DNA from: an uncultured Parachlamydiaceae bacterium
Lineage (GTDB): Bacteria; Chlamydiota; Chlamydiia; Chlamydiales; Parachlamydiaceae
Reading direction: 5' to 3'
NCBI GenBank assembly: GCA_963742415.1
Contig: CAVULX010000003.1
Span: 480,001 to 544,000 of the forward strand
Length of the DNA: 64,000 nucleotides
How positions within the stretch are numbered: position 1 is the first letter of the stretch; the number at the start of each line of letters is the position of its first letter. Positions 40,885 to 49,900 of this stretch are shown one piece after another. Both the position numbers and the translations under genes were made by a program. The notes beneath the pieces are model-generated. The model ran no database searches and was not told where the DNA came from. It saw only the letters and a list, made by a program, of their open reading frames with translations.

Positions 40885-41011
40885 ATGTAAGTTGAAAATT
40901 ACTGAGTGTAATCAAGTTTAAAAAACCTCTGTGATCTCTGTGGTTTATTAAAATTCAACCACAGAGTTCACAGAGATCACAGAGAGACAATAAATTTAAT
41001 TATGCAACTTA
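40885..41011 (+). repeat. repeat family B (MITE-like), right copy
   Basis: direct copy of 37093-37230 with one 9-mer fewer. Confidence 0.93.
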
Positions 41012-41075
41012 TTTTTAGTGAAATTAAATATAAATTATGATATTTTTTTGTTTTCATCACTAAAAACATGGTTTT

Positions 41076-42290
41076 ATGAATAATAATATTAATCTGTATT
41101 TATCAAGCGAAGGGAATTCGTTTATTTTTTCAAAAAAAGATAAAAACTCTTCACAAGGAGAATTGCAACAACAAGCCCAGCAATGTAAAACACATCGAGC
41201 TGTGCTCGAATTTCTGAACAGTATTCGTGAAAAACAAGGTTTGTTTGAATTTAGACATGAACATAATTCCAACTATGATGGGCATAACTTAGATCTAGGT
41301 TTTGGATTGTACAAAGGCCAATCTCATGAATGCGAATACGACCAAATGGTTGAATTTGTAAAACAAAAGGTGACGGAAAACTACCAAAAAGTGACCCTTT
41401 ATTTAGGAAAAGATGGAAATTCTATTGAAGCTCAATTTAATAGGAGTAGGAGTACAGGTGTCTTTAGTAGAGCTGAATATATCACAGATAAAGATGGTTT
41501 GAGTGAAATTCATCCCCTTTTAGGCAAAGCTGCAGATTGCAAAACCCATTACGCGGCATTTCAATACTTTAAAGAGCTTCAAAATGAAACAGAATTGTTA
41601 AAACATATTAGTATCTATCACGATCATAATCGTCATTATTCAGATCATTATTTAGGTTTTTGTGGTATTAACATAGGTAAAGCTCATGAATGTGCCCATG
41701 ACAAATCCCTTGAATTTATTAAACAAAGAATAAGGATCAAAGATTTAGAAAGTGTAAAAGATATTTTTGATTACTTGGAAGAGATTCAACCAGAAGTCGA
41801 AGTTTCATTGTTGGGATCCAGAAGGCTAAAGTTTAAAGAATATTCGATTAGTTTAGAAAGATTGATGGATCTTATCCGAGAAGTGGCGGACAAAACGTTG
41901 TTTGGTAAAACTCAATTTTTAACTCGCAAGGATAGACCTAAAGAAGATTTAAATAATGATGAAGAGTATCAGGAGCGCAATCAATTAGCACTTAATCTAA
42001 CCGAAAAGGTTCGTGGCTATTTTACCGCTTCTGAACGAAAGTTACGACAACGCAATAAATTCACAAAAATTTTAGCTAGTTTGAGAAATTTTAACAGGCC
42101 ATTGCAGCATAATGGAGACACAAGTATTGAATCAGTTTTTGGTATCATGCAAAGAAGATTAGGCCTTCAAGAATATGAGCAATGTATCAAGGTGGATCCT
42201 AAGAAGCCTATTCAACAAGAACTTGAAAAACTAGAAAAAATCCTAAAACTCTCAGAGAAAGAATTTATTATTTCTTTTTTTAACGTTTAA
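41076..42290 (+). CDS. hypothetical protein with a tandemly duplicated His/Cys-rich domain
   Basis: two copies of LYLxxxGNS...CKTH...HxHNxxYxxH...HEC...EFxKQ. Confidence 0.8.
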   Translation: MNNNINLYLSSEGNSFIFSKKDKNSSQGELQQQAQQCKTHRAVLEFLNSIREKQGLFEFRHEHNSNYDGHNLDLGFGLYKGQSHECEYDQMVEFVKQKVTENYQKVTLYLGKDGNSIEAQFNRSRSTGVFSRAEYITDKDGLSEIHPLLGKAADCKTHYAAFQYFKELQNETELLKHISIYHDHNRHYSDHYLGFCGINIGKAHECAHDKSLEFIKQRIRIKDLESVKDIFDYLEEIQPEVEVSLLGSRRLKFKEYSISLERLMDLIREVADKTLFGKTQFLTRKDRPKEDLNNDEEYQERNQLALNLTEKVRGYFTASERKLRQRNKFTKILASLRNFNRPLQHNGDTSIESVFGIMQRRLGLQEYEQCIKVDPKKPIQQELEKLEKILKLSEKEFIISFFNV

Positions 42291-42335
42291 CGCCTACTTA
42301 AACTCGAATGATAATTACATTTTTGATTATTCGTT

Positions 42336-43160
42336 ATGAATGCGGCTTCTATTTTGATAAATTCGGTCAGACCTTATTACGATGAAATAAAGACATTTGG
42401 TTCCAATAAAAAGGTATCCAAAGTTGTTTCCATCGCCTTGGAAGTGATGTTAAGGTTGGGGCATGCCTTCGCCGTTAATATGGCTTTTCGTTGGGCTTTT
42501 ACGATTTTTTTTGTGCCCAAACGGACCGTCTTTTCTTCTTTATTGCTTACTTCCGCCACTTTATACCTGGTTTCAAGAATTGCCGAATGTTATTTCAAGC
42601 CAAGTAAAATAAAGGCAATGGAACAAGCCTCCACCCAAGCAATCCTCGTTAATACTATCGCATTGCCCTTTAACACCTATGTCCATGAATGGGGTCATAA
42701 AGCAGCGGCTTTATCGACTTTTATCAATTCCGCACCAAAAATTCTCTTTAAATGGGGAGAAGGGAAGACGACGTATGCGATTTCCTATGGGTTAACACCT
42801 TTTGGAACTTTTTTGGGGAAACAGAATGCACTTCTTTTTATTACTGCTGCAGGGCTTTATGCTCCTACCATCGGAACCATTTCTTCGTTTGCCTTGAGTC
42901 ACATCTTGGTCAACTCCCATCCCCTTTTCAGCAATATTTTGACAGACATAGGTTTTAGCCAACTGGGCCAAATATTGGCCTATGGCCTCCCTACCTTAAT
43001 GCAAAAAGGAGTCTCTTGGGATTTGGAGAACGATTTTATTAAATTATGGCATGTGGGAGGAGTTCATCCCCTCGTGATGATGGCTTGTTTGCTGGCAATC
43101 CCTGTCACAGAGTACTGCATCCTGAAATGGACTAATAATTCCAGGGATAGCGGTAATTGA
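42336..43160 (+). CDS. membrane zinc metallopeptidase (M50-like)
   Basis: HEWGH inside a TM region, ITAAG, ND; multiple TMs. Confidence 0.7.
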   Translation: MNAASILINSVRPYYDEIKTFGSNKKVSKVVSIALEVMLRLGHAFAVNMAFRWAFTIFFVPKRTVFSSLLLTSATLYLVSRIAECYFKPSKIKAMEQASTQAILVNTIALPFNTYVHEWGHKAAALSTFINSAPKILFKWGEGKTTYAISYGLTPFGTFLGKQNALLFITAAGLYAPTIGTISSFALSHILVNSHPLFSNILTDIGFSQLGQILAYGLPTLMQKGVSWDLENDFIKLWHVGGVHPLVMMACLLAIPVTEYCILKWTNNSRDSGN

Positions 43161-43303
43161 TCGCTAATAAGAGTATTAAGGCGATAATAATGAGGAAAAT
43201 GAAGGCAGCAGAAAGTTGTCCCGATGATAAAGGCCTTTGCCTTCTAAATCTCCTTCTCATATGATCGTCCCACAATTCGCTTAAGCCATTGACAAAAAGT
43301 CTC

Positions 43304-43726
43304 TTAAGGCTGCGATATAAAAAACTCGCGGATCCCTACGGCGACGGCGGTACCGATGAAGAGGAAGGGGGTCGCAATAAATAGAGCGAGCACAGTTCCA
43401 CCTAAGATGAGGCTTTTGACAATTCCATATTTCTCGAGATATCTCGGATAGTTTTTAAGTCTATTTGAGATCTCGGGAGCAAAATAAAGTCCAAAGATCA
43501 CGCCGATGAGGGTTGCTCCGTACCAAGGGGGTTCGAGGAATAATAACAATAGGCCGACAACTATGAGAACATAGGCGATCGTATCTCGCACATTGTTGGT
43601 GGCATAATTGTAGATTTCTTCCACCTTTTCATGTTTTTTGAAATTTTCAATGGAATCGCTCAGTTTATCTTTGAAAGATTTCTTGTCATCTTTATTCTGA
43701 GGATCTCCTGAAGGGGTATTTGTCAT
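43304..43726 (-). CDS. hypothetical membrane protein
   Basis: RBS AAGGAG; charged N-terminus plus hydrophobic hairpins. Confidence 0.75.
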   Translation of the reverse strand: MTNTPSGDPQNKDDKKSFKDKLSDSIENFKKHEKVEEIYNYATNNVRDTIAYVLIVVGLLLLFLEPPWYGATLIGVIFGLYFAPEISNRLKNYPRYLEKYGIVKSLILGGTVLALFIATPFLFIGTAVAVGIREFFISQP

Positions 43727-43742
43727 TCTTTTCTCCTTAAAA

Positions 43743-43994
43743 TCATTGATTCAAATTTGGGTCATCTTGATTGATGATGGGAAAGGTTGTATTGGCCGCA
43801 CGCTGCAACTGGTTCCAGTAGCCTCGGTCGAGCCAACCATAGCTCCCATTCCAGAAATAGCAAAACCAAATTACTCCCCAGATCGGAAGCAATATATAGG
43901 TTAAAATAAGCCAGCGGGGGACAGAATTTTCATAGCTGGAAATCCTTTCATCTCCATACTCTTCGATAGAGGTTTTCTCATTCTTCACCGTCAT
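43743..43994 (-). CDS. CcoP/FixP N-terminal-like membrane peptide without heme domains
   Basis: EYGDERISSYENSVPRWL..TYILL.IWG resembles the CcoP N-terminal motif (GIxEYDNPLPRWW); no CxxCH. Confidence 0.6.
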   Translation of the reverse strand: MTVKNEKTSIEEYGDERISSYENSVPRWLILTYILLPIWGVIWFCYFWNGSYGWLDRGYWNQLQRAANTTFPIINQDDPNLNQ

Positions 43995-44244
43995 CTCCCT
44001 TATTTTCTGGCGGAAGCTTGTCCAGGTCGCCCTGATCTTCTTCCATCATTCTTATTTTAGGTTCTTCATCCATGTCAAGCTTTCCTTTTTTCCATAGGTA
44101 TAAAAAAGCTAAAAAAGCGCTGCCGACAAAAGCAAGTATGAAAGCGTAATGGACTAAGCTGCCGCATTCTCCGCTCGCATCTAATCCTTCCGATGCTGCA
44201 ATGTACTGCAAAGCTCTTATCTTCATATGCATACCCAAACTCAT
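43978..44244 (-). CDS. CcoS/CcoQ-like small membrane protein
   Basis: TM followed by FLYLWKKGKLDMDEEPKIRMM, similar to CcoS (W..GQFDD.E.P..R). Confidence 0.55.
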   Translation of the reverse strand: MSLGMHMKIRALQYIAASEGLDASGECGSLVHYAFILAFVGSAFLAFLYLWKKGKLDMDEEPKIRMMEEDQGDLDKLPPENKGDDGEE

Positions 44245-45530
44245 TTTATTTTCCTTTTTCCTTCAATGATGGCTTTTGTGTCTATGGGATCTTTTCCTAG
44301 CCACCAAGCTTCTGTTGGAGGGGTAATCCGGGTCCCTTTGGTCATCAAATATTGGTAGAGGGCTTCAAATTGGTGGTTAGGGACACCGATAAGCGAGCGG
44401 GATGAACCCCGAGGGTCGTTATCAAAAAAATGTTTAAAAGAAGGCATGATAGAACCTGCGCTCGCCGTTTTGGGGGACCAGAAGTGCCCTTTATGCCAAT
44501 CGCGGCTAGGGCGTTTGATCCCGGTCCTTGAAAGGTCGGGCCCGATCCGGCGGGTACCTGGGAAGGTGATCTTCTGAAAAATATATTCATTTGCTGAGGA
44601 GGGGGGAGCGGGGTAAGCAGCCGAGCCGTTTAGAACGACATCTTGCACGAGCGTCCTCGTTTGATCTGTATGGCAATACCAGCACCCTTCAATAGCGAAT
44701 AGGTGCTCCCCCATGCTAATGAGGTCTGCCCTTGAGAGAAATCCGAGGGGGTGCTCGCGCAATTGCTGTAAGTTTGTGATCTTTTGCCCGTTAGGATCAT
44801 AGCGCCATCCCTCTTCTTTGCCGAAAGTGAAATGGGAAACGCGGTATTCTTTAGGATTATTAATGTAGATTAAACCTGGGCTGTTATGATAAGGCTGTTG
44901 GAGTGTTCCATCCAAGATTTTATATTCGGAATCGACCCAGTTTTCGATGATCCCGTCGACGGGGGCGTTGGCAAATGCCTCTGTACCTCCCGGTTCGTAG
45001 AGTTCTAGGATTTCGAAATCAGGCTTGAGAAGACCCTGCTCCTTCCATTGGGGATTTTCTTTTTCCCATTTTTCCCTGTTGGCGCGTTGGATTTTTTCAG
45101 CTTTTTGCATGGGATCAAAGGGAGCCCCTGGAGCGGCTTGAGACGGAGAGCGCAGCATGAGGAGATGGGAGGTGAGTTTTAATTGGGGATCCTCCTCGCG
45201 TGTGACAAATTTTTCGAGTTCGGGGGGTGCGATAATTTTAAAAACATCGCTTTCATGAAAAGCTAAAAGGGTAAAACCCTCTTTAAGGTGATAGACGAAT
45301 TGCAATTCGGAACCCCCGCTTAAAGCGCTTCCGATGTAAAGGTTTGGATCGGAGACCTCATACATTTGCACTTGATAAGAGCTTGTGGGTTGTGTCCAGG
45401 TGGGGTCTATATAACTTGGCGCCACCAAAACAACCCCTATAGAAGCTGAAAAAAGCAAAATAATTCCGATCACAGTGAAGATTGCCGATTTATCAAGCGT
45501 GTGGATGAAGCTGTGGTTGTGTTCTGCCAT
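44241..45530 (-). CDS. ccoO: cbb3-type oxidase subunit II, enlarged (429 aa from MAEHNHS)
   Basis: EGCWYCHTDQTR, GTRRIGPDLSR, WH..H, GSIMPSF; long insertion between TM and heme domain. Confidence 0.88.
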   Translation of the reverse strand: MAEHNHSFIHTLDKSAIFTVIGIILLFSASIGVVLVAPSYIDPTWTQPTSSYQVQMYEVSDPNLYIGSALSGGSELQFVYHLKEGFTLLAFHESDVFKIIAPPELEKFVTREEDPQLKLTSHLLMLRSPSQAAPGAPFDPMQKAEKIQRANREKWEKENPQWKEQGLLKPDFEILELYEPGGTEAFANAPVDGIIENWVDSEYKILDGTLQQPYHNSPGLIYINNPKEYRVSHFTFGKEEGWRYDPNGQKITNLQQLREHPLGFLSRADLISMGEHLFAIEGCWYCHTDQTRTLVQDVVLNGSAAYPAPPSSANEYIFQKITFPGTRRIGPDLSRTGIKRPSRDWHKGHFWSPKTASAGSIMPSFKHFFDNDPRGSSRSLIGVPNHQFEALYQYLMTKGTRITPPTEAWWLGKDPIDTKAIIEGKRKIK

Positions 45531-45532
45531 AG

Positions 45533-46993
45533 TTATGCTTTTACCTGTATTAATCGATCTTCCTCTTTTGCTGGCTTCAATACAATGGTGTTGAAGACAT
45601 TCACGACGAAGAGGATGTTTGCAAATAAGATGATAAGGCCTCCGACGCCCCGTAAAATCCACCAAGTGCGCATGTCAGCGACAGTCTGCAAGAAGGGGAG
45701 AACCGTTAAGTTGCGATGAAATTGTTCATAAGTATATCCATCTGCCCAGGTGGCCCATTGCATCCCTTGAAAAAATCCCCCGACCCATAAAGCAAACAGG
45801 AAAGGGACGCTTCCCAATAGGTTTAGGCCGAAATGCCAATCTGCCAAGCTTTGGGACCAGAGGGGCTTTTTGGTGATCACCGGGATGGCTTGGTAAATGC
45901 CGGCGATAGCAAAAAAGGTGAAAGTGGCGTACAGGGAGATGTGGGAATGGCCGATCACCCAATCGGTCTTGGATGTGATTTCATTGATATTTCGCATGGC
46001 CATTAAAGGACCTTGTATGCAGGTCAACAAATAGAAAATATTTCCCATCATCAGGAAGCGGATAGGGGCGCTTTGGGTATATTCCGCCCACTGCGGCTTG
46101 AGGGTATAAAAGAGGTTGCTGACGACAGTCCAAACAGGGATAAACAGCCAGATTGAAAAGACGATCGCAGTAGTTTGGAGCCATTGTGAAATCGGGCCAT
46201 GGATCATATGGTGGGCGCCGATCCAGGCATATACGAAGGCAATTGACCAGAAGCCGATCATCGAAAGTTTATGGCTGTATATGGGAGTGTTGGCCAACTT
46301 GGGGAGAAAATAGTACGCTTGGGCTAGTCCCATTGGAGTAAAGATCAAACCCACGAGATTATGCACATAAAACCAGCTCACATTCACTCTAGAAATTCCA
46401 CCCGGAACTAAATTGATGACGTAGTAGCCGACAATTACAGTGAATGTTGTCCAGATCATTGTCCCCATGGTGTACCATAAAGAGACATACATTTTTTCAT
46501 ATTTGCGGGTGGCAATCGTCATGAATAAGTTTACGGCAACCAAAATCCAAGCCGCTGTAAATATGAGTTTGATGGGAAAGAACCCGACGAAAACGGGCAG
46601 TTCTGCATATTCCCATCCGAAGTTGGTTCCCCAGGGGTAGGAGTAATTGCCAACGGTGAGGGAAAACCACCATAAGGCTGCTGAGACATAGGCCATGCGG
46701 GAGCTCCAGAGGGGAACTCCGCAGAGGCGGGGAACAAAGTAATAAAAGAGCGCGATATCAGCCGAGAGGAGCCAATTGAGGGTTACGTTGGCTACGTGGA
46801 CCGGGCGGACCCTTCCAAAGTGGACATATTCCCCTGAAAAATAATCGGGCCAGACAAAGGTGTTGAAGGCGATATAGACCCCCACAGACATGCCTAAAAT
46901 CATAAAAATGATAGCTGGGTAGAGCATGACTTTAACAGGTGTGTCGTCATATATTGTTGGAGGAGGTGATACTGCGGCCGTGCTTGTTGTCAT
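45533..46993 (-). CDS. ccoN: cbb3-type heme-copper oxidase subunit I
   Basis: GRVRPVH, EYAELP, WFYVHNLVG, YAWIGAHH, DWVIGHSH: all six His ligands and the helix VII Tyr present. Confidence 0.93.
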   Translation of the reverse strand: MTTSTAAVSPPPTIYDDTPVKVMLYPAIIFMILGMSVGVYIAFNTFVWPDYFSGEYVHFGRVRPVHVANVTLNWLLSADIALFYYFVPRLCGVPLWSSRMAYVSAALWWFSLTVGNYSYPWGTNFGWEYAELPVFVGFFPIKLIFTAAWILVAVNLFMTIATRKYEKMYVSLWYTMGTMIWTTFTVIVGYYVINLVPGGISRVNVSWFYVHNLVGLIFTPMGLAQAYYFLPKLANTPIYSHKLSMIGFWSIAFVYAWIGAHHMIHGPISQWLQTTAIVFSIWLFIPVWTVVSNLFYTLKPQWAEYTQSAPIRFLMMGNIFYLLTCIQGPLMAMRNINEITSKTDWVIGHSHISLYATFTFFAIAGIYQAIPVITKKPLWSQSLADWHFGLNLLGSVPFLFALWVGGFFQGMQWATWADGYTYEQFHRNLTVLPFLQTVADMRTWWILRGVGGLIILFANILFVVNVFNTIVLKPAKEEDRLIQVKA

Positions 46994-49900
46994 GGGGTTC
47001 CTTTCTCTTTGTTAAATTCTGCTAATAACTGGTTTTGCTTTTGCCTGGAACGAACAGCGTCTTCAAAACCGGTGACCACCCTTTTTTTTATTTTTAAATA
47101 GGAGGAGATTTGGTTGTTGAGAGCTGTAAGTTCGTTTATTTTGTCTTGTGAAGCGAGTTTACCTTCGACAATTAATTTTCTAGCTTCTAATTCTGTTATT
47201 TTTCCATTTAAGTCATCGATAATTTGTTTTTCTAACTCAGTTAAAGTTTTTTCCTTTTCAGGATCTAGCGAAGCATTCAATTTACCATCGTTGAATGTAT
47301 AAACCATTGTTTTTAATTTTACTAACTTTAGTAGATCGTTAAAGTCTTTCTTATCATCCAGTTTGAGCAAAGCTAGTCCAATTCCTTGATAAATTTCCTG
47401 TTCGGAAGCAATTTCGGTTTTTAAATTTGTGAGCAATGAATCTAATTTCTGCTGTTTTTTCAGTTCTGAGAGGTTATTAAGCTCTTGTTGATAAATTTCT
47501 AAAGATTCATGGGACAACCCTTGTTGGGAGTTGATTTCGTCGTAAAGCCGCTCCCTTTTGGCTTGCAGGTTTTTGTGCATCTCTTGAGCTTTTGCGAGAG
47601 TAGGGTAGAGCTGGATTCGGGCATTTTCTACTGTCAAAATCCCGTTTTCGTAGCTTGCATATAAAGCGCTAAAAAGCTCTTCCCGAAGGTGTAGCTCTTG
47701 AGTTAGAGAACGGATGTAGATGACGAGTTGAAGCCGTTGAAGGGAGTTTGTTAAATCCCCCCACGGGGTCATTGCTGTGCCTGGAACCCCATATTTAATC
47801 GAACGGAGCAGCCTTAAATCGTCGCGGGTTAAGCTCCAATCCAGATTAGTTAGCATGCGGGGTTTAGCGTCTTTCATGGCGCTTGCACGGAGGCCTGTTC
47901 CATCGGCATCATGCCCATGGCAGATGGAGCAATTGAGTTGAAAGAAGGCATCTCCTTGGTCGATGTTTTCTTGGGTAAAGTATTTTTTCTTGATGTAATA
48001 AGCATATTTTTCTGGGCCGTTCGGATTAGGGACGACATCAAAGACGTCACTTACTTTAAGATTTTCCTCCTCCTCATTGCTTGGAGAGGGAACAGGCTTT
48101 AAAGAAGCGTAATACCCTTTTCCTGAGGGGACGAGACTTCGCAGTAGATCCAGAGATTCCGAATTCAGGCTTGAATGGGGGTTGAGGTCTTCCTCTTTCC
48201 CACTTTTGAGTTTGTTCCCCTCCTCTTCGAGTTCCTTTAGCACATCTTCAGGGGTGTAGTTCCATTTGGGGACATCTTGCGCACCCCTAATGACGTTTCC
48301 TCCTGGAAGCGAAGAAAACATCCAATCCACTAACCGTTTGATTTCAGATTGGTTTAGGACAGGGATATTGTCCATCATCGGCTTATGGGCAGCCACCTCT
48401 CCCCAGGGGGGCATTGGAGTCCCTTTGACCCCGTGTGTGATTGAGTTAATGACCCTTTCTTTTGTCAGATTTCTAAGAAAATCGGTATTTCTCAAATTTT
48501 TAGGTATAGGATAAATCCATTCCGCAACCGGGCCATTCCCTTGCATGAACTCCCCGTGGCATTGGGAACAATGGATTTGGAAAGCTTGGGCTGGATTGAA
48601 GCCCCGATGTTCCCAGATGGCCTTGATCTCATCCCGGTTGTGCTTCCCAAGGACATCCAGCATGTTGGTCAGAGCATAAAATTTTGTGTCATCGAAAGGC
48701 ATGACGGGCATAATCGAGCGGGGGACATGGCTTGCGGGATTGTGAAAGTGTTCCATGAGCCATTCGTCGGTGCGGTAAACTCCCGACCAATTAGGTCTGG
48801 GACCAATCACTCTTCCCAGTCCGTACTCCTGAATGAACATCATTAACACGTTGTGGACCCGCTCTTTCCATTGTTGAAGGTCGGCCTCGATTTGGGCCTT
48901 TTCTTGCGGATCTTTTGCCGCTGCGGCTTTCAATTGAGATGCGTGGTTCTTGGCTCTGGCCGCATATTTAAAGCTTGTGTAGAGCGATTCAACTTGCCCT
49001 GGAACAATTTGATCGATCTCTTCAATGATCGAGCCTTGGCGTACATCAGGGGTAATATGTTGGTCTATTTCAGCAGCATGGGCGTCAAGAGTTTTGACAA
49101 GCTCGCTTCCGATAATGGTCTCTGGGAATAGGTTTTTAAACCACTCATGCTCTTGGTATAGATCATCGAAATTCAGGTTCCCCTTTTTTTCTTTTTCGAT
49201 GTTAAAGCCGACATTAGACTCAAACCCTTTTAACCGATGGCAAGCCGAGCATCCCTCTGTGGCAAAGACCAGCATGGCATAGCGGAGATCTTTGATTTTT
49301 CCGGCGGGAATAGCCTTTTCCCAAGGAAGTTTTTTTCCTGCTTCCCATTCTTGGATGGTTGTCTTGTAAGCGGTTTCTGAAATAGCCTTTCGATCTCCTG
49401 TTTGAGCGAGAAGAAATGTGACGAGATCTTCTAGGTCTTCGTGATCCATTTTATAGTTGGGCATGGTTGAAGTAGGGAGGTCGGCTTGAGGCCAAACGAT
49501 TGATTCTTTGATGAACCAGGGGTAGCTTTTCCCCTCCCTCGTTAATTCCGGGCCGACGCCTCCCCGGGCAAAACCTGCAATCCGGTGGCAGGCTCCGCAA
49601 GCTTGGGAAATGTAAAGCTGCTCCCCTCGATGATAGTTTTTTGTTAACAGATCTACTTCAGAGGCCATTTCTGAAACGACTTTTTGATCATTTACGACTT
49701 TTTGAAAGGATGTTTCGGTGTCTCTGAGATGCTGCATGATCTCTTTTTCTAGCTGCAGCTTTTCCATTTTTACAAAGATAGAGCCTTTTCCGGGGTCGCT
49801 TTGATGTTCCTTAAGGAACATATTGATGGTTTGATCAGCGGCGCCTTTCTCTTTTGCTTGATTGACAAGCGCTTGCGTCAGCTGTGGGGAACCCAAGATG

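Noticed and set aside
45530-45665. N-terminal extension of CcoO in the ORF track
   Set aside because: Overlaps ccoN by 133 bp; the ATG at 45530 just after the ccoN stop is more plausible
45533-46993. Nitric oxide reductase NorB instead of CcoN
   Set aside because: It has the cbb3-type HN motif and helix VII Tyr and lacks the HLWVEG glutamate motif
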